Source: Candidatus Woesearchaeota archaeon (GTDB lineage Archaea > Nanobdellota > Nanobdellia > Woesearchaeales > UBA10216). Taken from it: 57,206 nucleotides of DNA. Under the pieces are notes generated by a model that was not told the origin of the DNA, searched no databases, and saw nothing but the letters and a program-made list of their open reading frames with translations. A program made the position numbers and the translations under genes. This document shows positions 35,430-44,966 of this stretch, piece by piece (the stretch's first letter is position 1; the number at the start of each line of letters is the position of its first letter). Location of the stretch: positions 1 to 57,206 of the forward strand of contig JACPBZ010000026.1 of assembly GCA_016180105.1 (NCBI GenBank), given 5' to 3'.

Positions 35430-36152
35430 ATGGAAGCCTTCAAGGACAATTTTGTCAAGGAGAGGGTTCATTTTAACCTTGCCAGGCTCAAGGCTGGCGG
35501 CGAGAATTTCGAGGTTGTTATCCATCCTGATCAGGCAATGGCGTTCAAGTCGGGCCAGGGTGACATCAGGGATGTCCTGGTTTATGATCACATATTCGCT
35601 GATGCCAAGAGGGGCATGGCTGCTTCGGAGCACGTTATGATGAGCGTGTTCAAGACAACTGAGAGGGTTGAGGTCGCGAAGCAGATTATCCTGAAGGGCG
35701 AGATTCAGCTGACCGTCGAGTATAGGGATAGGCTGAGGGATGAGAAGAGGAAGGCAATCCTGAACATCATCCATCGTAACGCCATTGACCCGAGGTCGGG
35801 CCTGCCGCATCCGCCTAATAGGATTGAGGCCGCTTTTGATGAGGCCAAGGTGAGGATTGATGAGCACCGGAAGGCCGAGGACCAGGTCCAGGACATTGTC
35901 AAGCAGCTTATGCCTGTGCTGCCAATCAAGTTTGAGGTGCGCAGGGTTGAGCTTCACGTTCCAGCAAGGTATGCTGCCCAGTCGTATGCTATAATGAAGG
36001 GCTTTGGAAGCCTTGTGAAGGATAACTGGCAGAATGACGGCAGCCTGGTTGCTGTTGTTGAGGTTCCCGCTGGGTTGCAGCAGGACCTTTATTCGGCCTT
36101 GAACAGGCTGACTCACGGAGAGGTTGAAAGCAAGGTTGTAGGAAAGGTTTAA
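35430..36152 (+). CDS. SBDS-family ribosome maturation protein
   Basis: 240 aa with ARLKAGGENFEVVIHPDQA...IRDVLVYDHIFADAKRG. It sits in the conserved archaeal exosome superoperon position. Confidence 0.85.
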   Translation: MEAFKDNFVKERVHFNLARLKAGGENFEVVIHPDQAMAFKSGQGDIRDVLVYDHIFADAKRGMAASEHVMMSVFKTTERVEVAKQIILKGEIQLTVEYRDRLRDEKRKAILNIIHRNAIDPRSGLPHPPNRIEAAFDEAKVRIDEHRKAEDQVQDIVKQLMPVLPIKFEVRRVELHVPARYAAQSYAIMKGFGSLVKDNWQNDGSLVAVVEVPAGLQQDLYSALNRLTHGEVESKVVGKV

Positions 36153-36165
36153 GGGTGATTTGAAA

Positions 36166-36867
36166 ATGGGAGAATTGTTGGTTTCAGACAAGAGCATTGT
36201 TGTTCCGGGAGAGGAGGTTGCTGTCGGGATGGATTTCCTTCCGACAGAAGGCGTTTATCGCGATGGTGACAAGCTTGTTGCCTCGAGGCTTGGCCTTTTT
36301 TCAGTTGACGGCAGGCTGGTCAAGCTTATTCCGCTTTCTGGCAAGTACTTGCCAAAGAAGGGTGATGTGATTATTGGCAAGGTTGTTGATGTCCTGATTT
36401 CTGGCTGGCGTGTTGACATTAACTCGGCATATACTGCTATGCTTTCGATGAAGGATGCAACTTCGGAATTCATTGCCAGGGGCGCTGATCTTACGAGGTA
36501 TTTCACATTTGGCGATTACATAGTTACCAACATAGTCAATGTGACTTCCCAGAATCTTGTTGACCTTACGATGAAGGGGCCTGGCTTGAAGAAGCTTTCC
36601 GAGGGTATGATAATTAAGGTTGCTCCGAATAAGGTTCCGAGGATTATCGGGAAGCAGGGAAGTATGGTGAGTATGATCAAGGATGCGACCGGCTGCCGCG
36701 TAACGGTTGGTCAGAATGGCATTGTGTGGCTTCAGGGTGAGCCGAGCCAGGAGTTTGTGGCTGTTTCTGCCATAAGGAAGATTGAGCAGGAGAGTCACAT
36801 TTCTGGCTTGACTGACAGGATTAAGGCTTTCCTGGATGAGGAAGTTGGAAAGATTAAGGGAGGATGA
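36166..36867 (+). CDS. rrp4: Exosome complex RNA-binding protein Rrp4 (S1 + KH)
   Basis: VVPGEEV, S1-like GDVIIGKVVDV...WRVDI and KH IIGKQGSMVSMIK. Confidence 0.88.
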   Translation: MGELLVSDKSIVVPGEEVAVGMDFLPTEGVYRDGDKLVASRLGLFSVDGRLVKLIPLSGKYLPKKGDVIIGKVVDVLISGWRVDINSAYTAMLSMKDATSEFIARGADLTRYFTFGDYIVTNIVNVTSQNLVDLTMKGPGLKKLSEGMIIKVAPNKVPRIIGKQGSMVSMIKDATGCRVTVGQNGIVWLQGEPSQEFVAVSAIRKIEQESHISGLTDRIKAFLDEEVGKIKGG

Positions 36868-37604
36868 GTTTTATGTCGTACGATAAGAGAGTTGATGGTC
36901 GAAGGCCTGATGAGACGAGGCCTATTGTTGCAAAGGCGGGCATAATCAAGAGGGCTGATGGCTCTGCAATGTTTCAGATGGGCAATACTGTTGCTTATGC
37001 TGCGGTTTACGGGCCGAGGGACCTTTTTCCCCGGTTTATGCAAAATCCGCAAAGGGGTGTTTTGCGCTGCCGCTATAATATGATGCCTTTTTCCGGCGCT
37101 GGCGAGAGGGTAAAGCCTGGCGGTTCAAGGCGAAGCAAGGAAATTTCAATGGTTACCGAGAAGGCGCTTTTGCCTGTCCTTAACCTTGAGGATTTTCCAA
37201 ATGCTGTTGTTGATGTTTTTATTGAGCTTCCGCAGACTGACGCTGGCACCAGGTGCGCGGGCATTTGCGCTGCCTCAATTGCCCTTGCTGACGCTGGCCT
37301 TTCAATGAGGGATATGGTGGCTGCTGTTTCCGTGGGCAAGGTTGATAATATGGTTGCGGTTGACCTCAACTACGCTGAGGAGTCTTACGAGGGCGGTGAC
37401 GTGGCTGACATTCCTGTGGCTTTTATTCCGAGGACTGGGCAGGTTTCCCTTCTTCAGATGGATGGGCTTATTGATGCTGAGAGCCTTAAGAGGGCTCTCG
37501 AGCTTGGAAAGAAGGCGTGCTCTGAGATTTATGAAATCCAGAAAAAGGCGCTTAAGGAGAAGTTTGCTTCCGGAGCCGGCGTTAACGGCAACGGTGAACG
37601 GTAG
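36864..37604 (+). CDS. rrp41: Exosome complex exonuclease Rrp41 (RNase PH)
   Basis: 246 aa with RVDGRRPDETRP...GSAMFQMGNT...YGP. Its ATG overlaps the rrp4 stop (ATGA). Confidence 0.9.
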   Translation: MSFMSYDKRVDGRRPDETRPIVAKAGIIKRADGSAMFQMGNTVAYAAVYGPRDLFPRFMQNPQRGVLRCRYNMMPFSGAGERVKPGGSRRSKEISMVTEKALLPVLNLEDFPNAVVDVFIELPQTDAGTRCAGICAASIALADAGLSMRDMVAAVSVGKVDNMVAVDLNYAEESYEGGDVADIPVAFIPRTGQVSLLQMDGLIDAESLKRALELGKKACSEIYEIQKKALKEKFASGAGVNGNGER

Positions 37605-37613
37605 GGGATTGAA

Positions 37614-38384
37614 ATGAATGAGCTTTTGAAATCGAACATTTTGAAGTGGCTTAAGACAGGCAAGCGCTATGACGGCCGCGGCTTGGAGGATTTCCGCCCG
37701 ATAGTGGTCGAGCGGGGAGTTACAAAGAACGCAGAAGGCTCTGCGAGGGTCAGGATTGGCGATACTGAAGTTATTGCTGGAGTCAAGCTTTCAGTAGAGA
37801 AGCCTTACCCAGACACGCCAAAGAATGGCAATTTGATGGTTGGTGCCGAGCTTTTGCCCCTTTCAAATCCCGAGTTTGAGGCAGGGCCTCCAAATGAGGA
37901 GGCGATTGAGGTTGCAAGGGTGGTTGACCGCGGCCTTCGCGAGTCCAATGCCTTGGATACGAAAAAGCTTTGCCTTGAGGAAGGAGAGAAGGTGTGGTCT
38001 GTCAGCATTGACATTTGCACCATAAACGTGGATGGCAATCTGCTTGATGCTTCAGCCCTTGCGGCCGTTGCTGCCATTCAGGATGCGCGTTTTCCCGGAT
38101 ATGACGGGAAAACTGTCGACTACAAGCACCTTACTGAAAAAAGGCTTCCGATGGCCCGCACTCCGATATCGATTACCGTCAATAAGCTTGGGGAGTTCAT
38201 CTTTGTTGACCCGTCTACCGATGAGGAGATGATCGTTGATGCCCGGCTCACGGTTGCCATGACTGAGGGCAAGATTTGTGCCTTGCAGAAGGGCGGCTCC
38301 ACGCCCCTCACTATCGATGAGATTGGCAGGATGATTGACCTGGCCAAGGCAAAGGCTGGTGAGCTTTCAGTTAAGCTTAAATAA
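37614..38384 (+). CDS. rrp42: Exosome complex component Rrp42
   Basis: 256 aa with RYDGRGLEDFRP...GSARVRIGDTEV, an RNase PH-like inactive subunit pattern. Confidence 0.88.
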   Translation: MNELLKSNILKWLKTGKRYDGRGLEDFRPIVVERGVTKNAEGSARVRIGDTEVIAGVKLSVEKPYPDTPKNGNLMVGAELLPLSNPEFEAGPPNEEAIEVARVVDRGLRESNALDTKKLCLEEGEKVWSVSIDICTINVDGNLLDASALAAVAAIQDARFPGYDGKTVDYKHLTEKRLPMARTPISITVNKLGEFIFVDPSTDEEMIVDARLTVAMTEGKICALQKGGSTPLTIDEIGRMIDLAKAKAGELSVKLK

Positions 38385-38423
38385 TGGCTGTCTGTCACCA
38401 GCTTCAAGCGAGGTAATGTTTTA

Positions 38424-38648
38424 ATGGCTGTAAAGGAAGCTACTGAACAAAAATTCACCAAGTATGAGATTGCGAGGATGATTGGTGCCCGTGCCCTTCA
38501 GATATCTATGGGTGCTCCATTTCTTGTGAAGCTTTCCGAGGAAGAGATAAAGGCGTTGCGGTACAATCCAATCGAGATAGCGAAGCTTGAGTTTGAGAAA
38601 GGCGTGATACCTATAACCGTAAAGCGCCCTGAGAATGCGGCTAAGTAG
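38424..38648 (+). CDS. rpoK: DNA-directed RNA polymerase subunit K (Rpo6)
   Basis: 74 aa with [21 protein letters not shown]. Confidence 0.88.
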   Translation: MAVKEATEQKFTKYEIARMIGARALQISMGAPFLVKLSEEEIKALRYNPIEIAKLEFEKGVIPITVKRPENAAK

Positions 38649-39258
38649 CTTTTTTTCCCTTGTATCTTCCCCTTTCCTCGACTTTTCCAAGCCTGATTAG
38701 CACTTCTTTCCAGCCGCCGTTGCTTTGTTTATACGCGGTCATTGCGGCGGCAAAGCATTTTTCTGCTATTCTGCTGTGGCTGCTTTTGAGGGCTTGCCTG
38801 AAGAGGTGGAGGTCAACTGCCTTGTCTTCGTCCTTGTTTGAAAACAGGCTTAGCCCGAAGTCGATGAGGTATGCTCTTCCATCGCGGTTGCCGTGAATAA
38901 TGTTCGAAGTTGTCAGGTCGCCGTGAGTTATGTTGTTGTTGTGCATTGTTCCGATGCTTTTTCCGATGTTAGCGGCCAGTAATTTGCAGTTGCTGTCGTT
39001 AAGGGTGTCGCGCACTTTTTTCCCGTCGATCAGCTGCAGGGTTATGGTTGTGGTTTTTTCGTCTGCATCAAGCACTTTTGGCACGGGCACTCCCAGTTGC
39101 TGGAGAGCTTCGATTACTTTAACTTCCCTTCTCATTCGGTGCAGCCTCAGCTTCTCATCAATTTCGTTTATTCTGTATTTCTTGGGTTGCCGCTGCTTGA
39201 CGACCGTTTTAGCGTCGGTATAGACAACTGCCTCGGCTCCTCTTGAAAGAATTTTCAT
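38641..39258 (-). CDS. bud32: Bud32/PRPK-type KEOPS kinase, stand-alone
   Basis: 205 aa with [12 protein letters not shown], and [10 protein letters not shown]...LIDFGLS. Its 3' end overlaps rpoK convergently by 8 nt. Confidence 0.85.
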   Translation of the reverse strand: MKILSRGAEAVVYTDAKTVVKQRQPKKYRINEIDEKLRLHRMRREVKVIEALQQLGVPVPKVLDADEKTTTITLQLIDGKKVRDTLNDSNCKLLAANIGKSIGTMHNNNITHGDLTTSNIIHGNRDGRAYLIDFGLSLFSNKDEDKAVDLHLFRQALKSSHSRIAEKCFAAAMTAYKQSNGGWKEVLIRLGKVEERGRYKGKKAT

Positions 39259-39294
39259 GAATCAGGAGAAATTCGCTGCTGTTTTAATTGGTTT

Positions 39295-42090
39295 CTATCT
39301 GCTGCTTATCCAGCTCAGTGCTTTTATTATCTGTCCTGTGACTGCTGTGAGAGCCTCTCCTCCGCCTCCTCCACTGCCTGAACTGGCGTCGCTGCCCCCG
39401 CCCTCGCTTCCGCTGTCTGGGCTGTCGTGGCCGCCTTCTGCTCCTCCGCTGCTTTCGCCGCTAGGATAGCTTCCTCTTTCACCTCCATCATTGCCTTCCC
39501 CGCCTGATGGATATGGCCCTTCGCGGGGGTAGTCTTGTTCGTTGCGGAAGCCGTCGCTTTCTGGCTGTTGTGATGGGAACTGCTCCCTGGGCATTTCCCC
39601 GGGAAATTCCTTGAATGTGCCTTCTGGTTCGCGTCTTGCTGGCTCTCCGAATGGTTGTCTTTCCATTCGCTGGGGCCCCCGCCTTTCAGCGGGAAATGAT
39701 GACTGCCCAAACTCGCGGTTGTCGCCTTCAAAGTTTTTCCCTTCAGCTCCTGGTGGTGGGGTGCGCTCTGACATTTTTTGCCTGCAATCGTCGTCTGATA
39801 GCCCTGTGCAGGGGTTTTCGAATTCTCGCCCTTCCCTGCCTTCAAACCTGTCTCCTTCGCCTCTTGAGTCGAATTTGGCTTTGCAGTCTTCTTCGCTCAG
39901 TTCCTGGCAGTCTGGTGGAATGCCTCTTTCACCGCCCATCCCGTCTTCGAATCGTCTTCCTTCGCCAGGCTCCCCGAATCTGTCTCTTGGCTTCTGCTGG
40001 CATTCATTCTCGGATAGCCCTTCGCAATCCATTCGGTTTTGGTCCTGTTCTTGCCTTTCGCGTTCAAACCTTTCATTCAGTCCTTTCATGCACTCTTCCC
40101 TTTCCAGTCCTTCGCATTCTGGCGGCTTGAACCTTTCAAACATTTTCTTTTCGCAGTCCTCCCTCGCGAGGCCTTCGCATTCGTTTCCGAAGCCTTCTCC
40201 GTCTCTTCCTCCAAATCCTTGGAATTCACCGCTACCGGTGTTTCCGCCTCTTTCCCTTATGATTGCTTCGCATTCCTCTTTTGTGGTTGCTTCCTGGCAT
40301 TCGACTGGCCCGAATTTTTTCATCATTATGAGTTCGCATTGGGAAGGTTCAAGTCCTGCGCATTCCGCGGGCACTCCTCCTGGGACGCCTCTTCCCGCAA
40401 ATGCTTCCCGGCACTTGTCAGGGTTTTCAGCGCATTCTGGGGGCATTCCGGTTTGCTCTCGCATTTTTTTCCTGCACTCTTCAGGGCTCAGTCCTACGCA
40501 GTTTATCGGCGGCCCTTGCCCTTGGCTTGGTGGTTGTTTTCTTATTTCCTCAAAGCATTCGTCCGTGCTTAATCCTTCGCATTGCGGTGGCGTGCCGTGA
40601 AGTTCCATCATTACCACGAAACAGTCCTTGCCGGTCACGCCTTTTTCCTTGCATTCCGGAGGCTCTTCCCTGGCTGGGCCTTGTCCTTCATTTCCGGGCC
40701 CGCGCTTCATCATTTCCTTGAAGCAGTCGTCATTGCTCAGCCCTTCGCATTCCGGGGGCGTGCCGAATTTGGAAGTCATTATGTCAAAGCATTGCCTTGG
40801 TTCTGTTGCTCCGGCATCCTGGCACTCTTTTGGCATTGCATTTTGCATCGCATCCGGCCTTTCGTGGCGCATCAGCTTCATGCACTCCCTTGTGTCCAAT
40901 CCTTCGCATTGCGGTGGCGTTCCGTACTTGCTGAACATCAGCTCTGCGCACTCAATTGGCTGCTGCACGCCGGCCTCCACGCATTCAGGCGGAAAATTGG
41001 GCTTCTCGTTCGGAGGGTTGCGTTTCACGAATTCCATGCATTCCTCGTCGCTGAGGCCCTCGCATTGAACTGGCGTTCCGTAGAGGTCCTTCATTATCAC
41101 GAAGCATTCCTTGAAGTCGCTCACGCTGGCGCATTCCGGCGGCCTGAATTTCTCAAACATCTGCTGTTCTTTCTGCCTTAAGGTGTCAAGCACAGTTGCC
41201 TTGCCCTCCTCGCCAACAAATTCGGGCAGGAAGTCTTCAATGCTTTCAGAGCTGAGTTCGGCGCAGGCATCGTGGTCGTTCTCATACTCGCACCGTATGG
41301 CCAGGGCCTTTTTCACTTCGCAGCTTTGGCTGTGCTTCCCCACCGGTATCTGGCTGCAGTCACATTGCTTCGGGTCAACTATGCATTGCCCAACCGTGTC
41401 AAGAATCTGGCTTCTTGCGTTGTCTTCCCTTGACTTGAACTCGCCTTCAACCCTTTCCTTGAGCCATTGCGGGGCTTTTTCAATTTGGCAGAGCTCATCT
41501 TGCTTCATTATGTCGAAGTCCTGCTTTGCAATGGCATCGCAGTACGACAGCCTGCTTTTTGAGACAAGCAGGGCCACCCTGACTTTTTCCTCTTCGCTGA
41601 GCTGTGCGTCAATGGCTTTCTCGACGCCTTCCCAGCCCTGGTCCGGCAGTTTTTCCTGCAGTCCCGCCAGGAGCTTTGTAGCCCTTCTTACTTTCTCATT
41701 TGTCTCCTTTTCAAGTTCCGGCGCAAGGTCTGTTTGGGCCTGCTCGGAGGCCTTGGTTGCAAGCTCAAGGGCGTCAATAGCGGCTTCCGGCTTTTTCTTG
41801 TCCATCATTACCGCAGCTTCTGCTATTCTTTCCTCTTTTATCTCGAACGCTTTCTTGTTTTTGTCCTCGCCTTTCGCTAGCGAGAGCTGGATATCATCAA
41901 CGACCTTGTCAAATATGTAAAGCGGGCTGTCGGGAGTTACGCCGCCAGCGCTATCTTCTGCAACAATTTCTTCCTCAAGCAGGACTTCTTCCTCTTCCTC
42001 CTGGGCGGCAGCAAAAACTGACAGAAGCGCAAACGCAACGACAGCAAATGTTGTGATGCTTGCTCTAAGAAACTCTCCCTCTTTTCTCAT
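39295..42090 (-). CDS. Secreted Cys-rich repeat protein (N-terminal DUF5667-like helical region, about 12 C-E-G-L-x3-C repeats, Gly/Glu/Ser-rich tail)
   Basis: The start is taken at MRKEGEFLRASITTFAVVAFALLSVFAAAQ (42090), which has a signal peptide. TPDSPLYIFDKV is a DUF5667-like motif. There are four repeats of about 52 aa of the form PPEC...C...GTPPQCEGLSxxEC, followed by shorter CEGL repeats. Confidence 0.65.
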   Translation of the reverse strand: MRKEGEFLRASITTFAVVAFALLSVFAAAQEEEEEVLLEEEIVAEDSAGGVTPDSPLYIFDKVVDDIQLSLAKGEDKNKKAFEIKEERIAEAAVMMDKKKPEAAIDALELATKASEQAQTDLAPELEKETNEKVRRATKLLAGLQEKLPDQGWEGVEKAIDAQLSEEEKVRVALLVSKSRLSYCDAIAKQDFDIMKQDELCQIEKAPQWLKERVEGEFKSREDNARSQILDTVGQCIVDPKQCDCSQIPVGKHSQSCEVKKALAIRCEYENDHDACAELSSESIEDFLPEFVGEEGKATVLDTLRQKEQQMFEKFRPPECASVSDFKECFVIMKDLYGTPVQCEGLSDEECMEFVKRNPPNEKPNFPPECVEAGVQQPIECAELMFSKYGTPPQCEGLDTRECMKLMRHERPDAMQNAMPKECQDAGATEPRQCFDIMTSKFGTPPECEGLSNDDCFKEMMKRGPGNEGQGPAREEPPECKEKGVTGKDCFVVMMELHGTPPQCEGLSTDECFEEIRKQPPSQGQGPPINCVGLSPEECRKKMREQTGMPPECAENPDKCREAFAGRGVPGGVPAECAGLEPSQCELIMMKKFGPVECQEATTKEECEAIIRERGGNTGSGEFQGFGGRDGEGFGNECEGLAREDCEKKMFERFKPPECEGLEREECMKGLNERFERERQEQDQNRMDCEGLSENECQQKPRDRFGEPGEGRRFEDGMGGERGIPPDCQELSEEDCKAKFDSRGEGDRFEGREGREFENPCTGLSDDDCRQKMSERTPPPGAEGKNFEGDNREFGQSSFPAERRGPQRMERQPFGEPARREPEGTFKEFPGEMPREQFPSQQPESDGFRNEQDYPREGPYPSGGEGNDGGERGSYPSGESSGGAEGGHDSPDSGSEGGGSDASSGSGGGGGEALTAVTGQIIKALSWISSR

Positions 42091-42168
42091 TATGGTCGTG
42101 TTTTCCCAGCTGCAATATTTAAACCTTTTGAAAAAGCTTTTAAGCAAGAACGTTCCAGGGTCAAGTTT

Positions 42169-43335
42169 ATGAAAAAAGAGGTGGCGGCAGACCTTTTTTT
42201 CCTGGCTGTTGCCTTGGTGATTTTTGCTGTTCTCGTGGGAGGGCAGGTTCCGGCTCCAAAGCCGGTCGTTGAGGCAAAGTGCCACGATACGGGCAGCTTC
42301 AGTGTTTCGAACCTGGAAGACCGGGCTAAATCTGTTGCCGTAAAGAAGAGTGGCGGGTCATCTTCTGCTGTTTCCGGTTCCTGGCGGGAAATGTCAACTG
42401 GATTGTACAAGTTCACTTCTGACGATATGGCAGTCGTTGACGTGAAGGGTGGCTACTACACTGCAGTTGTTGACAAGAAGAGCTATGGAATGACCTGCCC
42501 CGCATTTGAATTCAGTTGCAAGCTTATCAACATCACTGTTAATAGCTGTTACAAGCGCAATGACTCTTTTGTCGCCAAGTATACGGCATACAGCTACCGC
42601 TACGATAAGAAGAACGAGTTCAGGTTTGAAAAGCCTTTTATGCTGGGTTATGAGGCGGTTGCCAATGTCGATGGCAGGAAGAAGGAGCTTGAGCATTCCC
42701 CAATTGCGGTCAGCCCTGAGTTCAAGACTATTAACATTAGCCGTATTAAGATGGTCGGCTCGAACACTTACACGTTGCGCTGGACAACCCCTCTCAACAT
42801 TACGAAGTTTGTGGTGCGCTATGACGACTGCGAAACGGCAAAATACGCCTTTTACGACTCTTTTGAGTGCACTGACAGGCCTTTCTGCGCTCGTGACGGC
42901 GATTGCCTGCAGTCAGAGCGCTGTGATGACAATCGTTGCATTCCAATCAGCTGCGCAGCCTGCCAGTACGTTGCCAACCACACCTGCGCGGATTACGACT
43001 GCTGCACCGATAATGACTGTGATGAGGGCTTTGTCTGCGGCACCGGCAGCAGGTGTGAGCCATTGTCGTGCGGGTTCAATGAGTACGTTTCAGGCCACGG
43101 CTGTGAGCCCTTGGAATGCGGCGAGGATGAGTACGTTTTCAATGGTAGCTGCAGCAAGCTGAACTGCGCCCAGGATGAGCTCGCAATTAATCACGCGTGC
43201 AAAAAAATTGAATGTCAGGACAGCGAGGTTGCCAGGGACGGCGTCTGCCAGAAGCTGAAGTGCGGCTTCCTGAAGAAGGCAAAGAATCACGGCTGCGTGA
43301 GCTTTTTCTCATTCAAGGCAGGTAGAAACACTTAA
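42169..43335 (+). CDS. Membrane-anchored Cys-rich protein
   Basis: 388 aa with an N-terminal anchor (LFFLAVALVIFAVLVGG). The C-terminal third has repeated C-x-x-x-E-Y-V-x-x-H-x-C-E-P-L-x-C modules. Confidence 0.6.
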   Translation: MKKEVAADLFFLAVALVIFAVLVGGQVPAPKPVVEAKCHDTGSFSVSNLEDRAKSVAVKKSGGSSSAVSGSWREMSTGLYKFTSDDMAVVDVKGGYYTAVVDKKSYGMTCPAFEFSCKLINITVNSCYKRNDSFVAKYTAYSYRYDKKNEFRFEKPFMLGYEAVANVDGRKKELEHSPIAVSPEFKTINISRIKMVGSNTYTLRWTTPLNITKFVVRYDDCETAKYAFYDSFECTDRPFCARDGDCLQSERCDDNRCIPISCAACQYVANHTCADYDCCTDNDCDEGFVCGTGSRCEPLSCGFNEYVSGHGCEPLECGEDEYVFNGSCSKLNCAQDELAINHACKKIECQDSEVARDGVCQKLKCGFLKKAKNHGCVSFFSFKAGRNT

Positions 43336-43338
43336 AAA
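43331..43338 (+). promoter_or_regulatory. TATA box for tRNA-Gln
   Basis: cttaaaaa lies 25-32 nt upstream of the tRNA 5' end. Confidence 0.45.
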
Positions 43339-43362
43339 GAACCTGTCGGTTCTCATCTTCAT

Positions 43363-43477
43363 AGCCCTGTAGTGTAGCGGTCAAGCACGGCAGGCTCTGG
43401 CCCTGCAAACCCTGGTTCGAATGTTGGCGCATGGCGGCAACACGCCAAGCGTTAGCGCGGATGTCCGGGCGGGGCTA
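43363..43477 (+). tRNA. tRNA-Gln (anticodon CTG) with a T-loop intron
   Basis: Acceptor agccctg/cggggct gives the archaeal A1:U72. Anticodon stem gcagg/cctgc with loop ctCTGgc. The T stem cctgg + ttcgaa(t) is interrupted by a 42-nt insert at about 43422/3-43463/4, before ccggg. The mature length is 73 nt. A T6 run follows. Confidence 0.8.
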
Positions 43478-43903
43478 TTTTTTCTTCAGCCAATCAATTA
43501 ACTCTTTTGAAACCTTATCCCAGAATTCTGCTATTTCTTGCGCTTGGTCGGGGCGCACAATTCCTCCTCTATACTCCTCATCATGTCTTATCCTTCTAAA
43601 CATGTCAATTTTTCGAAGTTCAAAATTTAGCTTTACATTAGCACCTTCTAGTATGCGTATGCTTGCCTCATGTGAGCGGGGTTCATAGCCACTCTTCCAC
43701 CATGCAGCATCTCCCAGTTGTCTGAATGCGTCATAAAATGACTTGAAAATGTTTGCCGCGGTTTCTTCTTTGATTGGTATACTTTTTCCAAAATTGGCGT
43801 TACGAACTGCAGCACCTATTAATGATTCTGCCCTAAGTAGATCAGGTGTTCGTTTCCATAATTCCTTTCTTTCAAGGTAGGATTTTATTTCTTCCTCGTT
43901 CAT
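43475..43903 (-). CDS. HEPN domain protein (second MNT-HEPN module)
   Basis: 142 aa with FRRIRHDEEY (an R-x-x-x-H...Y HEPN-type motif). Its stop codon overlaps the last 3 nt of tRNA-Gln. Confidence 0.65.
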   Translation of the reverse strand: MNEEEIKSYLERKELWKRTPDLLRAESLIGAAVRNANFGKSIPIKEETAANIFKSFYDAFRQLGDAAWWKSGYEPRSHEASIRILEGANVKLNFELRKIDMFRRIRHDEEYRGGIVRPDQAQEIAEFWDKVSKELIDWLKKK

Positions 43904-44481
43904 AATCTCACCTCCAAGACTCCAGAAAGAACTATGCCGTTTGCTAGGTTTGTGAACAGATTTAAGTCAATACTCTTTCTATTAAAAGTTAGAATATGGA
44001 TTTTTCGGTCGATGGCTTTTTCATAAGCGTCAATTCCATCTGGCCTCACAGATGTTACACTCACATCTTCGGTTGTTTCAATAGCTATATCTATGTCTGA
44101 ATCAGACCTGTCCTGTCCCCATCTGTAACTTCCGAAAAGGATAATGGTTTTGGGATGGTTGAGTGATTCATCTAGGAATTCAACTAGTCCGCTTTCATAA
44201 ACTACGTTGAGGTTGTGAACTATTTTTCTTTTAATAAATTGATAGCTTTCAGTTTTAGCCTTTATCCTGAAAACTACGCCCTGATTTACGGTTACAATTT
44301 CGTTCTCTTCAAGAACCCCTAAAAATCGGTTCATAGTACTCTTCGATATGCCTGCCGCTGAGGCAAGTTCAGTAAGACTGAACTCGGTTTCAGGAAAGTT
44401 ATATAGAACTGAAAGTACATCTCGGAGTTTGTTTCTTTCCAGCCATAAGAGTTCTTTTTTTGAAACGCTTGTTCTTTTCAT
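43900..44481 (-). CDS. wHTH-fused minimal nucleotidyltransferase (second MNT)
   Basis: 193 aa with an N-terminal wHTH (LTELASAAGISKSTMNRFLGVLEE) and the NTase motif ILFGSYRWGQDRSDSDIDIAI. It overlaps the HEPN gene by 4 nt. Confidence 0.7.
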   Translation of the reverse strand: MKRTSVSKKELLWLERNKLRDVLSVLYNFPETEFSLTELASAAGISKSTMNRFLGVLEENEIVTVNQGVVFRIKAKTESYQFIKRKIVHNLNVVYESGLVEFLDESLNHPKTIILFGSYRWGQDRSDSDIDIAIETTEDVSVTSVRPDGIDAYEKAIDRKIHILTFNRKSIDLNLFTNLANGIVLSGVLEVRL

Positions 44482-44505
44482 AGAACGAGTGTTCTATCTG
44501 TGGAA

Positions 44506-44966
44506 CTATTTAAATCTTTTGTAAGTGCACTGCACAAGTCCTGACTTGAATTTCTTGATGCCGTCTAGTTTTAGCCAGTGTTGCTTTTTGATTCCTGTGA
44601 AAAGTGGTATTCCCTTCCCAAGTATTACTGGGTGGATTGAAATGACATACTCGTCAATTAAGTCTGCGTTGAGTAGGTCTTTAGCAGTTTCTTTGTTAGT
44701 TCTACTCCGTCTTTGGCAAATTCAACTCTTGAATCTGGCTTGTTATTCTTTCTTGAGAGAACGTAGGTCTTCTTCCCAGTATGCGGCCACGAATCAAAGC
44801 TAAGGCTAAGTTCGTATGTTTTTCTTCCCATTATGATGGCATCAACACTTTTGTAGAATTTGGAGTAGCCGTAGTCGCCATCGCTAAATAGCCAGTCTAT
44901 CTCTCCTTTTGGCCCTGCAATGTATCCATCAAGGCTGCAGGCTATGAATAAGTTGACTTTGCGCAT
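44506..44966 (-). pseudogene. RibD_C/dihydrofolate-reductase-like gene, frameshifted
   Basis: The N-terminal ORF (MRKVNLFIACSLDGYIAGPKGEIDWL...) stops at 44658. Family homology continues in another frame (DLLNADLIDEYVISIHPVILGKGIPLF... to 44506). The switch is at the TTT run 44680-44682. Confidence 0.65.

Noticed and set aside
35322-36197. 291-aa minus-strand ORF
   Set aside because: It is antisense to the well-supported SBDS gene and the end of psmA.
39542-41920. Several long plus-strand ORFs (352, 199, 269 aa and others) and a 172-aa minus-strand alternative-frame ORF (39327-39845)
   Set aside because: They lie within the repetitive Cys-rich gene, either on the opposite strand or in alternative frames. 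Their Ser/Pro/Leu-rich low-complexity translations arise from the repeat. The minus-strand frame with a signal peptide and regular Cys repeats is the coherent one.
42091-42285. N-terminal 65-codon extension of the Cys-rich protein ORF
   Set aside because: It overlaps the divergent gene's start and promoter. The signal peptide follows the internal Met at 42090.
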